In this document: positions 1 to 7,979 of the stretch, piece after piece | Position numbering within the stretch: the stretch's first letter is position 1 | How the letters are laid out: every line of letters begins with the position of its first letter | Source of the DNA: Candidatus Methylomirabilia bacterium | GTDB taxonomy: Bacteria; Methylomirabilota; Methylomirabilia; Rokubacteriales; CSP1-6 | Reading direction: 5' to 3' | DNA length: 29,228 nt | Assembly (NCBI GenBank): GCA_041497895.1 | Contig: JBGQHJ010000051.1 | Coordinates: 1 to 29,228, forward strand | Program-made: the position numbers and the translations under genes | Notes under the pieces: generated by a model | What the model saw: the letters and a program-made list of their open reading frames with translations, nothing else | Database searches by the model: none | Told to the model about the DNA's origin: nothing

Positions 1-798
1 AAGACCACGCTGGCCGCGGCCCTGGCCCGCTCCATCGGGGCCTCGTTCCAGCGCATCCAGTTCACCTCCGACATGCTGCCCTCCGACGTGCTCGGGGTCT
101 CGGTGTGGGAGCCCAAGAGCGGCGAGTTCGTGTTCAAGCCGGGGCCGCTCTTCACCAACATCGTGCTGGCCGACGAGATCAACCGCACCACGCCGAAGAC
201 GCAGTCGGCCCTGCTCGAGGCCATGAACGAGGCCCAGGTCTCGCTCGACCACTCGACCTACCCGCTGCCGCGCCCGTTCATGGTGCTGGCCACCCAGAAC
301 CCGCGCGAGTACGAGGGCACGTTCCCGCTGCCCGAGTCGCAGCTCGACCGCTTCCTGCTGCGGCTGCGCATCGGCTACCCGGCCGCCGCGGACGAGAAGG
401 CGGTGCTGCGCGGGGAGACCGCGCCCCCGCCCGCGGGCGTGGCCCCGGTGGTGCTCGCCGAGGAGGTGCTGGGCCTCCAGGAGGCGGCCGAGCGCGTGCG
501 CGCCGAGGAGTCGGTGCTGGACTACCTGGTCGCGCTGGTGACCGCGACCCGCCGCTCGCCGCTGCTCGCGCTCGGCGTGAGCCCGCGCGGCTCGCTGGCC
601 CTGCTCCGCGCCGCGCGCGCCCGCGCCCTGGCCGACGGGCGCGACTACCTGCTGCCCGACGACATCAAGGAGCTGGCCGGACCGGCGCTGGCCCACCGGG
701 TGATCGTGAAGGCCTCGGTGGCCGGCGCGGCCGCGAGCGGGATGGACGGCGAGGCGGCGATCGCCGCCATCCTCCAGGACGTTCCCGTCCCGAGATAG
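1..798 (+). CDS. moxR: MoxR-family AAA+ ATPase (5' truncated at window edge)
   Basis: Frame 1 is open from base 1: KTTLAAALARSIGASFQRIQFTSDMLPSD (end of Walker A plus the MoxR RIQFTxD motif), Walker B IVLADEINR, ATQNP, FPLPESQLDRF, GVSPRGS. Confidence 0.95.
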   Translation, partial: KTTLAAALARSIGASFQRIQFTSDMLPSDVLGVSVWEPKSGEFVFKPGPLFTNIVLADEINRTTPKTQSALLEAMNEAQVSLDHSTYPLPRPFMVLATQNPREYEGTFPLPESQLDRFLLRLRIGYPAAADEKAVLRGETAPPPAGVAPVVLAEEVLGLQEAAERVRAEESVLDYLVALVTATRRSPLLALGVSPRGSLALLRAARARALADGRDYLLPDDIKELAGPALAHRVIVKASVAGAAASGMDGEAAIAAILQDVPVPR

Positions 799-805
799 CC
801 GCCCG

Positions 806-1855
806 GTGAAGCCGCTCCGGGCCGCGATCTGGCGGCTGTTCCACCCGCGCCGCACCATCAAGCCCACCCGGGACGGGTGGTGGTGCCTCTTCGTCGCGGT
901 GGGGCTGGGCGTGGCCGCGATCAACACCGGCAACAACCTGCTCTACCTGCTCGTCTCCGCGCTCCTCGCCCTGATCGTGGTCTCGGGCATCCTCTCCGAG
1001 CAGGCCATGCGCGGGCTCGCGCTGACGCCGATCACGCCGGAGGAGCTCTACGCGGGCCGGCCCGCGCTCCTCGGGGCCACGGTGACCAACCGCAAGCGCT
1101 GGCTCACGTCGTACTCGGTCACCCTCGAGCTGCTGGCCCCGGAGGCGCGTGCGCTCGAGTCCGCCTCGCGCTTCGTCTACTTCCGGCGCATCGAGGCGGG
1201 CACCGACCGGCTCGCGACCTGGGAGGAGACGCTCCCGCGGCGCGGCCGCGGGCGGCTCGCCGGCGTGCGGATCACCACGCGCTTTCCCTTCGGCCTGTTC
1301 ATGAAGGCGGGCCGCCCGGCCCTGACGGACGAGGTGCTCGTGTTCCCCGCGGTGCGGCCGCTGCCGGCGGAGTCGCTCGGTCGCCTCGGCGACGCGGGCG
1401 CGACGGCCGGCCGCCGGCGAGGGCGCGGCAACGATCTCTACAATCTCCGCCCCTACCGGCCGGGCGACGACCCGCGCTTCATCCACTGGCGCAGCAGCGC
1501 GAAGGCGGAGGCGCTGGTGGTGCGCGAGCACGAGGCCGATACGAGCCACGATACGCGCGTGGTCCTGGTGGGGCGGGGGAAGGCCGGGACGGACGCGCTC
1601 GAGACCGGGCTTTCCGAGGCCGCCTCGCTCGCGACGGCGCTGATCCGCGCGGGGGCCGGCGTGGAGCTGGCCGGCCCCGATCTCTTCGTCCCGCTCGGCC
1701 ACGGCCGCCCGCACCTGCGCCGCGTGCTCACCGCGCTGGCGCTCTACGAGCCGGCCGCGCCGGGCGCCGGGCGCGCGCCGGCCGGCCCGCCGGTGGACGG
1801 CACGGCTTCCCTCGGCCCGCGGCGGCTGCGGGAGATCCGCGTGCCGCTCGCCTGA
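806..1855 (+). CDS. DUF58 domain-containing protein (MoxR-associated)
   Basis: N-terminal TM pair (AAINTGNNLLYLL), TRFPFGLF, and DUF58 signature LRPYRPGDDPRFIHWRSSAK; canonical position after moxR. Confidence 0.9.
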   Translation: MKPLRAAIWRLFHPRRTIKPTRDGWWCLFVAVGLGVAAINTGNNLLYLLVSALLALIVVSGILSEQAMRGLALTPITPEELYAGRPALLGATVTNRKRWLTSYSVTLELLAPEARALESASRFVYFRRIEAGTDRLATWEETLPRRGRGRLAGVRITTRFPFGLFMKAGRPALTDEVLVFPAVRPLPAESLGRLGDAGATAGRRRGRGNDLYNLRPYRPGDDPRFIHWRSSAKAEALVVREHEADTSHDTRVVLVGRGKAGTDALETGLSEAASLATALIRAGAGVELAGPDLFVPLGHGRPHLRRVLTALALYEPAAPGAGRAPAGPPVDGTASLGPRRLREIRVPLA

Positions 1856-1856
1856 C

Positions 1857-3914
1857 ATGTCGGCCCTCCTCGCGCTCCGCCTCGTCACCTACCTGCTGGT
1901 CGCGACCGGCGTGGCCGCGCTCTACGGGGCCGGGCTCATCGGCCCGGTCGGCACGGGACTGGTCGTGCTGGCGATCCTGGTGGGCTGGGGCCACGAGCAG
2001 GCGCGGGCGCGCGGCGCGGTGCGGCCGGCGCTCGGCTATGGCCTGGTCGGCGCGGCGGCGGTGGCCATCACGGTCGACCTCTTCTATCTCGCCTACTCGC
2101 TGCTCGACGGGATGGTGCACCTGCTGCTGTTCCTGATCCTCCTCCGGCTCTTCGTGCGGCGCGGGCTCCGGGATTTGCGCCACGCGGGCCTGCTGTCGTT
2201 CTTCCTGCTGGTGGCCGCCGCGTCCATCAGCTTCAGCCTGAGCTTCCTGGCCGTGTTCGTCGTCTTCCTCGTGCTCGGCACCTGGATGCTCATCTTGAAC
2301 CACGTGGTGACCGAGCTCGAGCAGGCCGGTCGCGAGGGCGCGGCCGGCTCCCCGACGCGGCGGGTCTTCTTCCGCGGGCCCCTGACCCGGGTGAGCCTGG
2401 TCGCCGCGGCCATCACCTTCTCGCTCGCGGGCGGTCTCTTCTTCATCATCCCGCGGGTGGGCCAGGCCGCGCTGCCGCTGCGCGCCCAGCTCGGCCGCAT
2501 GGTGACCGGCTTCTCGGACCGGGTCGACCTGGGCAGCTTCGGCGACATCGAGAGCGATCACACCGTGGTCATGCGCGTCTACCTCGGCGACGAGCGGGCG
2601 GAGCCCGCCTCGCTGCCGGAGCTGCGCTGGCGCGGCGTGGCCTTCGATCAGTTCGACGGCCGCACCTGGTCGAGCGCGGTAGCGCCGCGGAGATTCGTGC
2701 GCCGCGGGGCCGCGGGCGACTTCGGGATCGGGCTCCCGCGGGGGGCCGGCCCGCTCCTGCGCCAGGAGATCTTCCTGGAGCCGATGGGCACCGACGCGGT
2801 CTTCGGGGCCCCGCGCGTGCTGCGGCTGGAGATGCACTCGACCACGCTGGTGGTCGACGACATGGGCGGCCTCACCACCTCGAGCGCGACCGCCCGGCTG
2901 CACTACATCGTCGAGTCCGAGCTGGAGGAGCCGGGCCGCGCGATCGCCAGGAACGTGCGCCCGGCGCCGGGCCTCGCGCCCGAGGACCGCGCGCGCTACC
3001 TGCAGCTGCCCGCGCTCTCCCCCGAGATCGCGCGCCTCGCCCGCGAGGCCACCGTGGGCGCCCGCGACCCGAACACCGCGGCCCGTCGCGTCGGCGAGTA
3101 CCTGAGCACGCGCTACCGCTACACGCTCGCACTCCGACGCGAGACCGCGCGGCCGCCGCTCGAGGAGTTCCTGTTCGTGCGCCGGTCGGGCAACTGCGAG
3201 TACTTCGCGGCCGCGATGGCGGTGATGTTGCGGAGCGAGGGGATCCCGAGCCGGGTGGTCGCGGGCTTCCAGCACGGCGAGTGGAACCCCTATGGCCGCT
3301 ACTTCATGGTGCGGCTGAGCGACGCCCACTCGTGGGTCGAGGCCTACATCGAGGGGCGGGGCTGGGTGGCCTTCGATCCGTCGCCCCGCGGCGAGATCGC
3401 GACCGCCGCGCCCGGCCCGGTCTCGCTCTACCTCGACGCCGCGCGCATGCGCTGGTACCGCTACGTGATCAACTGGAGTCTGGGCGACCAGGTGCACCTC
3501 GCCGCGACGGTGCACCGCCAGGCCACCGACGTGCGGCTCGGGCTCTCGTGGCCGCGCCACTGGCGGGTGACCCCCGCGCTGATGGGCGCGGGCGGCCTGG
3601 CGATCGCGCTGGTCCTGGGCTGGCTGCTCCATCGCCGGGGCTGGGCCGGGCGCGCCGCCGGGCCCGCGCCGAGCGTGCCCGCATTCTACGAGCGCGCGCT
3701 GCGGCTACTGGCCCGGCGCGGCCTGGCCCCCGCGGCGGCCGAGACCGCGCGGCAGTTCGCGGCGCGGGTCTCCGCGGCCACGCCGGAGCGCGCCGAGCCC
3801 TTCGCCCGGCTCACCCGTCACTACGAGCACGCGCGCTTCGGCGCGACCGCGCTGACCGAGACCGAGTGGCAGGACGTGACCCACGCGCTCGCCGCGCTCG
3901 CGGCCGCGCGCTGA
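1857..3914 (+). CDS. TgpA-like membrane transglutaminase-domain protein (DUF3488 / transglutaminase / DUF4129 architecture)
   Basis: Multi-TM N-terminus, TGFSDRVDLG and LRWRGVAFDQFDGRTW motifs, catalytic triad GNCEYFA / AHSWVE / FDPSP, C-terminal ETARQFA...YEHARFG. Confidence 0.92.
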   Translation: MSALLALRLVTYLLVATGVAALYGAGLIGPVGTGLVVLAILVGWGHEQARARGAVRPALGYGLVGAAAVAITVDLFYLAYSLLDGMVHLLLFLILLRLFVRRGLRDLRHAGLLSFFLLVAAASISFSLSFLAVFVVFLVLGTWMLILNHVVTELEQAGREGAAGSPTRRVFFRGPLTRVSLVAAAITFSLAGGLFFIIPRVGQAALPLRAQLGRMVTGFSDRVDLGSFGDIESDHTVVMRVYLGDERAEPASLPELRWRGVAFDQFDGRTWSSAVAPRRFVRRGAAGDFGIGLPRGAGPLLRQEIFLEPMGTDAVFGAPRVLRLEMHSTTLVVDDMGGLTTSSATARLHYIVESELEEPGRAIARNVRPAPGLAPEDRARYLQLPALSPEIARLAREATVGARDPNTAARRVGEYLSTRYRYTLALRRETARPPLEEFLFVRRSGNCEYFAAAMAVMLRSEGIPSRVVAGFQHGEWNPYGRYFMVRLSDAHSWVEAYIEGRGWVAFDPSPRGEIATAAPGPVSLYLDAARMRWYRYVINWSLGDQVHLAATVHRQATDVRLGLSWPRHWRVTPALMGAGGLAIALVLGWLLHRRGWAGRAAGPAPSVPAFYERALRLLARRGLAPAAAETARQFAARVSAATPERAEPFARLTRHYEHARFGATALTETEWQDVTHALAALAAAR

Positions 3915-3936
3915 CCCGTGGGGCGGGGCCGACCGG

Positions 3937-4380
3937 CTAGCGCAGGCGGCGGTGCTCCACCAGCAGGCAGCGGTCCTGGACCACCCGGATGCCGGCCCGC
4001 GCGAAGGCCTCCGCGGCCGGCTCGTTGCGGATGCCGAGCTGGAGCCAGACCACCCGAGGGTGCGCGGCCAGGATGTCGTCGACGTGCGGCGGGATGTCGC
4101 GCGGCCGGCGGAAGACGTTGACCATGTCCACGGGGCCCGGCACCTCGCAAACCGTGCGGTAGACGGGCCGGTCGAGGATGCGGGCGACCTCCGGATAGTA
4201 GACCGGCACCGGCACGATGTCGTAGCCGGCCCGCGCCATGTACTCCGGCACGTAGAACGCGGGCTGGTCGCGCTGGGCCTCGATCTTGATGCCGAGGACC
4301 GCGATGCGCTTGCACTCGCGCACGATGCGCGCGATCCCCTCGGGATCGGTCACCAGGTTCGCGCGCCACGCCTCGCTCAT
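3937..4380 (-). CDS. CoA-binding protein (YccU-like)
   Basis: KRIAVLG, GYDIVPV, VDMVNVFRR, VWLQLGIRN, VVQDRCLLVEH motifs; 147 aa. Confidence 0.92.
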   Translation of the reverse strand: MSEAWRANLVTDPEGIARIVRECKRIAVLGIKIEAQRDQPAFYVPEYMARAGYDIVPVPVYYPEVARILDRPVYRTVCEVPGPVDMVNVFRRPRDIPPHVDDILAAHPRVVWLQLGIRNEPAAEAFARAGIRVVQDRCLLVEHRRLR

Positions 4381-4386
4381 GGCCAG

Positions 4387-4408
4387 AGTCTAGCACCTGT
4401 GCTAGCCT
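4387..4408. promoter_or_regulatory. Back-to-back extended -10 elements (divergent promoter) built on a 7-bp inverted repeat
   Basis: Minus strand TGcTAGACT (4395-4387) ends 6 nt before the ATG at 4380; plus strand TGcTAGCCT (4400-4408) precedes GGGAGG and the pduO ATG; CTAGCAC-ct-GTGCTAG at 4390-4405. Confidence 0.6.
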
Positions 4409-4427
4409 CGGCGCGGGAGGACCCCGC

Positions 4428-5036
4428 ATGCCCGTCCGCATCACGCGCGTCTACACGCGCACGGGAGACCATGGAGAAACCGCGCTCGTCGGCGGTCGTC
4501 GCGTGCCGAAGGACTCGCCGCGCATCGAGGCCTACGGCACCATCGACGAGCTGAACGCGGTCATCGGGCTGGCCCGCGTCTTCAACGCGGAGCAGAAGAA
4601 GCCCGGCAAGCGGCACCGGTGGCTCGACGAGGTGCTGCGCCGGATCCAGAACGAGCTGTTCGACCTTGGCAGCGAGCTGGCCACCCCGGCCGACGCCGCC
4701 TACGAGGGCATGTTCCGCGTGGGCCCGGAGCAGGTGACCGCGCTCGAGCGGCTGATGGACGAGTGCCAGAAGGAGCTCACCCCGCTCAAGAGCTTCGTGC
4801 TTCCCGGCGGCGGGCGGGTCGGCGGCTTCCTCCACCAGGCCCGCACGGTGTGCCGCCGCGCCGAGCGCCGCGTGCTCGAGCTGTCGCGGGTGGAGACCAT
4901 CGGCGAGTGGCCGCTCAAGTACGTGAACCGGCTCAGCGACCTGCTGTTCGTGCTCTCGCGCTGGGTGGGCAAGCACCTGGGCGAGACCGAGTATCTCTGG
5001 CAGCGCGGGCTCGACGCGCACGCCCGGAAGCGCTAG
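4428..5036 (+). CDS. pduO: PduO-type ATP:cob(I)alamin adenosyltransferase
   Basis: VYTRTGDHGET, RIEAYGTIDELN, IQNELFDLGSELATP, FVLPGG, ARTVCRRAER, YVNRLSDLLF; SD GGGAGG upstream. Confidence 0.96.
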   Translation: MPVRITRVYTRTGDHGETALVGGRRVPKDSPRIEAYGTIDELNAVIGLARVFNAEQKKPGKRHRWLDEVLRRIQNELFDLGSELATPADAAYEGMFRVGPEQVTALERLMDECQKELTPLKSFVLPGGGRVGGFLHQARTVCRRAERRVLELSRVETIGEWPLKYVNRLSDLLFVLSRWVGKHLGETEYLWQRGLDAHARKR

Positions 5037-5522
5037 GTGGCCGAGGACTTCCAGATCCGCCGGGCGGGTCCGGCCGATCACGCGGGGGTGGCGCGTGAGC
5101 TGGCCGCCTACTTCGCGTTCCTGGGCGAGGAGGTCGACGCGACCGGCCTCGACCACGACGTGGCCGACTGGCAGGGCGAGTACGACGGCAGCGCGGGGGT
5201 GATGCTGATCGTGATCGACCCCGCCGGCCTGGTGGTCGGCACCGCGGGGGTGCGCCGCCTCGCGCCGGGCGTGGCCGAGCTCAAGCGGATGTGGCTGCGC
5301 CCGGCCTGCCGGGGCCGCGGCCTCGCGGACCGGCTGATGGCCCGCGTGCTGGAGGAGACGCGCGCGCTCGGCGGGCGCGCGCTGCGCCTCGACAGCGAGC
5401 ACCGGCTCGAGGCCGCGGTGCGGCTCTATCGCCGCTACGGGTTCCGCGAGATCGCCGACTACAACGGCAACCCGCGGGCCGAGATCTGGATGGAGCTGCC
5501 CCTCGGTCCGGCCGGGAGCTAG
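5037..5522 (+). CDS. GNAT-family N-acetyltransferase
   Basis: AELKRMWLRPACRGRGLA acetyl-CoA binding motif, AVRLYRRYGF; GTG start abuts the pduO stop. Confidence 0.9.
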   Translation: MAEDFQIRRAGPADHAGVARELAAYFAFLGEEVDATGLDHDVADWQGEYDGSAGVMLIVIDPAGLVVGTAGVRRLAPGVAELKRMWLRPACRGRGLADRLMARVLEETRALGGRALRLDSEHRLEAAVRLYRRYGFREIADYNGNPRAEIWMELPLGPAGS

Positions 5523-5568
5523 TCGCATCCTCGACCCCGGCCGTCCGGCCACGCTGGCCTACCGCGGC

Positions 5569-7146
5569 ATGGTGGTGTCGCCGCACTCGCTGGCCTCCCA
5601 GGCCGGCGTCGCGATCTTGCAAGGCGGCGGCTCCGCGATCGACGCCGCCATCGCCGCCGCGGCGGTGCTCGCGGTCGTCTACCCGCACATGACCAGCGTG
5701 GGCGGCGACGCGTTCTGGCTCATCCACGACGCGCGCACCGGCGCGGTGCAGGCGCTCGACGCGGCGGGCGCCGCGCCCGCCGCCGCCACCATCGACTGGT
5801 TCCGGGAGCGGGGCCTCGCCGAGATCCCCCTCCGCGGCGTCGTGCCCGCGACGGTGACCGTGCCCGGCGCGGTGGACGGCTGGTGCGAGGCGCACGCGCG
5901 CCACGGCCGGCTGCCGCTCGCGGCCGACCTGGCCGCGGCGGTGCGCTACGCGCGCGAGGGGTTCCCGGTCACCCAGCGGCTGGCCGAGTGGATCGAGCGC
6001 AACGCCGACGTCCTCGCGGTCGATCCCGCCGCGACGCGCATCTTCCTGGCCGAGGGGCGACGGCCGGCGATGGGGCGGCGGCTCGTCAACCCGGACCTCG
6101 CGCGCACCCTCGAGCGTCTGGGCGCCGTCGGTCGCGCCGGCTTCTACGAGGGGGAGACCGCCCGCGCGCTCGCCGGGTGGTCGCGCGAGCGCGGAGGCTT
6201 CTTCACCGAGCGCGACCTCGCCGCCCAGCGGGCGCGGTGGACCGAGTCCATCAGCGCCACCTACCGCGGCGTCACCATCCACGAGACGCCGCCGCCGAGC
6301 CAGGGGGTCTCGGTCCTGCAGGCGCTGCGCCTCGTGGAGTCGTCCGACCTCGGCGCGCTGCCGTACCTGGGGCCGGACCACGTGCACCTGCTGGTGCAAG
6401 CCAAGCAGATCGCCTTCCACGATCGCGATCGCTTCGTCGCCGATCCGGCCTTCGTGCCGGTGCCGGTCGAGCGCATGCTCTCGCCCGCCTACATCACCGA
6501 GCGCCGTCGCCTCATGGATCCCGCGCGCGCCCTGCCGTGGGACCGCGTGCCGTCGGCGGGCAGCCTCACCGGCGACACCGTCTACGTGGGCGCGGTCGAC
6601 GACGCGGGCAACGCGGCGTCGCTGATCCAGAGCCTCTACTTCGGCTTCGGCGCGGGCGTGGTGGCGGGAGAAACCGGCGTGGTCCTCCAGAATCGCGGCG
6701 CCTACTTCTCGCTCGACCCGGACCACCCGAATCGGCTCGAGCCCGGCAAGCGGCCGCTACACACCCTGATCGCCTCGCTGGCCTTCCGCGACGGCCGGCT
6801 CTGGCAGGTCATGGGCTGCATGGGCGCCGACGGCCAGCCCCAGATCCACCTCCAGGTCTACACCGCGATGATCGACTTCGGCCTCGACATCCAGCGCGCG
6901 GTCGAGGCGCCGCGCTGGCTCGCCGGACGCTTCGCCATCGGCGACACGCGCGACCTGCTGAACCTGGAGGGACGCTTCGCGGACGCCACGGTGGCCGACC
7001 TGGCCCGCCGGGGCCACGCGATCAACCGGTGGGCGGCCTGGAACGAGCTGGCCGGCCACGCCCACGGCATCACCCTCGATCCGGCGAGCGGCGCCCGGGT
7101 GGGCGGGGCCGACCCGCGCAGTGACGGCGCCGCGATCGGCTACTGA
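5569..7146 (+). CDS. ggt: Gamma-glutamyltransferase-family Ntn hydrolase (true start possibly ~5527)
   Basis: SPHSLASQAG, VYPHMTSVGGDAF, TVPGAVDGW, PPPSQG, nucleophile GD|TVY, LQNRGAYF, PGKRPLHTL, GCMGADGQPQ, GADPRSDGAA. Confidence 0.95.
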   Translation: MVVSPHSLASQAGVAILQGGGSAIDAAIAAAAVLAVVYPHMTSVGGDAFWLIHDARTGAVQALDAAGAAPAAATIDWFRERGLAEIPLRGVVPATVTVPGAVDGWCEAHARHGRLPLAADLAAAVRYAREGFPVTQRLAEWIERNADVLAVDPAATRIFLAEGRRPAMGRRLVNPDLARTLERLGAVGRAGFYEGETARALAGWSRERGGFFTERDLAAQRARWTESISATYRGVTIHETPPPSQGVSVLQALRLVESSDLGALPYLGPDHVHLLVQAKQIAFHDRDRFVADPAFVPVPVERMLSPAYITERRRLMDPARALPWDRVPSAGSLTGDTVYVGAVDDAGNAASLIQSLYFGFGAGVVAGETGVVLQNRGAYFSLDPDHPNRLEPGKRPLHTLIASLAFRDGRLWQVMGCMGADGQPQIHLQVYTAMIDFGLDIQRAVEAPRWLAGRFAIGDTRDLLNLEGRFADATVADLARRGHAINRWAAWNELAGHAHGITLDPASGARVGGADPRSDGAAIGY

Positions 7147-7569
7147 GCGCGCGGCGGTGCCGGCCGCTCTACGCGTTCCGCTTCCGCGCTGGGAAATGAG
7201 CCCGAACACGTTTGGACGCGCGCGGTAGAACACCGAGCGGCTGCGTACCCAGCGCGACAGCGTGCTGACGAGCGTTCCGAGCGCCACGTTGTGGCCGCGG
7301 CGCTTCAGGGCCTTCACGATATCCGTTGCGTGGAGCGGGCGCCCGGCCCCGCGAAGGATCTTGGCCGCCTCCCGTGCGGTCGGACTATATTCCAGGGCCC
7401 TCGCACTGCGGCGGCGCGGTTGGCGCTGGCGGGCGTGGCGCGTTGGAACGGCACTGGCGCTTCGCACGATGGCGGCGAGCAGGTCCTTCGCCTCTTCCAG
7501 TTCGGCCCGGAGCTTCGCGAGCTGCGCCTGCTTGCCCTTGATGATCGAGAGGAGATGGGCCCGGGCCAT
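6757..7569 (-). CDS. Coiled-coil + basic linker + winged-HTH (HARE-HTH-like) putative DNA-binding protein; only the first ~130 codons (7569 to ~7180) look genuinely coding
   Basis: Residues 10-31 are an amphipathic heptad helix; Arg-rich linker; ILRGAGRPLHATDIVKAL...LVSTLSR...FYRARPNVFGL resembles the HARE-HTH pattern. First in-frame stop lies 390 bp inside ggt. Confidence 0.65.
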   Translation of the reverse strand: MARAHLLSIIKGKQAQLAKLRAELEEAKDLLAAIVRSASAVPTRHARQRQPRRRSARALEYSPTAREAAKILRGAGRPLHATDIVKALKRRGHNVALGTLVSTLSRWVRSRSVFYRARPNVFGLISQRGSGTRRAAGTAARSVADRGAVTARVGPAHPGAARRIEGDAVGVAGQLVPGRPPVDRVAPAGQVGHRGVREASLQVQQVARVADGEASGEPARRLDRALDVEAEVDHRGVDLEVDLGLAVGAHAAHDLPEPAVAEGQRGDQGV

Positions 7570-7579
7570 GGCGGAGCCG

Positions 7580-7588
7580 ATTGTAGCA
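7580..7588 (-). promoter_or_regulatory. Extended -10 element (TGcTACAAT) for the wHTH gene, near-leaderless
   Basis: ATTGTAGCA on the plus strand; 10 nt from the ATG at 7569; no SD; GCCGATT direct repeats at 7576-7582 and 7591-7597. Confidence 0.55.
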
Positions 7589-7619
7589 TTGCCGATTCCC
7601 TCTGGCCTTCCTGGAGCGT

Positions 7620-7775
7620 CTAGTGCTTCCGTCTCCGTGCCTCGCGGGACAGCAGCGCTCTCGCCCTCTCGAGCTCGGTCAGGAGTCGGGCCAGTCGTGC
7701 TTCCGTTGCCTTGATCTTGGCGCGCAGGCTCCTCACCTTCGTGCTCACCGAGGCCCGGCTCTTCCGGCGTTTCAT
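7620..7775 (-). CDS. Small basic coiled-coil protein (51 aa), similar to the N-terminus of the adjacent wHTH protein
   Basis: MKRRKSRASVSTKVRSLRAKIKATEARLARLLTELERARALLSREARRRKH; SD-like GAGGGGG 5 nt before the ATG; the longer ORF-track version (to 7967) looks non-coding upstream. Confidence 0.65.
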   Translation of the reverse strand: MKRRKSRASVSTKVRSLRAKIKATEARLARLLTELERARALLSREARRRKH

Positions 7776-7800
7776 GTTGGCCCCCTCAGCCGCCGGACTG

Positions 7801-7816
7801 TGCATTGAGCGGGCCA
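7801..7816 (-). promoter_or_regulatory. Putative sigma-54 (-24/-12) promoter for the 51-aa gene
   Basis: Minus strand TGGCCC-GCTCA-ATGCA (GG-N10-GC; two deviations from TGGCAC-N5-TTGCA), positioned so the start site falls just ahead of the SD. Confidence 0.45.
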
Positions 7817-7857
7817 GCCGCGGCGTTAGCGGAAGATTGAGGACTTGCGAGACGACA

Positions 7858-7877
7858 CTGAGGCGAGGTCGCCTCAG
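7858..7877. repeat. Perfect 9-bp inverted repeat, possible operator/enhancer
   Basis: CTGAGGCGA-gg-TCGCCTCAG; a further TGAGGCG half-site at 7879-7885. Confidence 0.6.
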
Positions 7878-7918
7878 GTGAGGCGGGCGCGCACCGGCGC
7901 GAGAGGGAATGCGCGAGA

Positions 7919-7927
7919 TGCTAGACT
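7919..7927 (+). promoter_or_regulatory. Extended -10 element (TGcTAGACT) upstream of the transporter-ligase genes
   Basis: Identical 9-mer to the element at 4387-4395 (minus strand); intergenic and correctly oriented. Confidence 0.5.
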
Positions 7928-7979
7928 TGGGCGGCTGCTTGTCGCATGCGGGTGTTGCGGGAAGCAAGCGTGCGCGTTG

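Noticed and set aside
4381..4427. Cobalamin riboswitch upstream of pduO
   Set aside because: Intergenic space is only 47 bp and lacks B12-box motifs.
7147..7790. Toxin-antitoxin interpretation of the two small genes
   Set aside because: Neither protein shows a toxin motif (PIN, RelE, HicA, Fic etc.); their mutual coiled-coil similarity fits an oligomerisation module better.
7810..7835. GCCGCGGCGTTAGCGG as a second attC end
   Set aside because: GTTAGCG does not fit GTTRRRY and no matching L/R arms could be paired.
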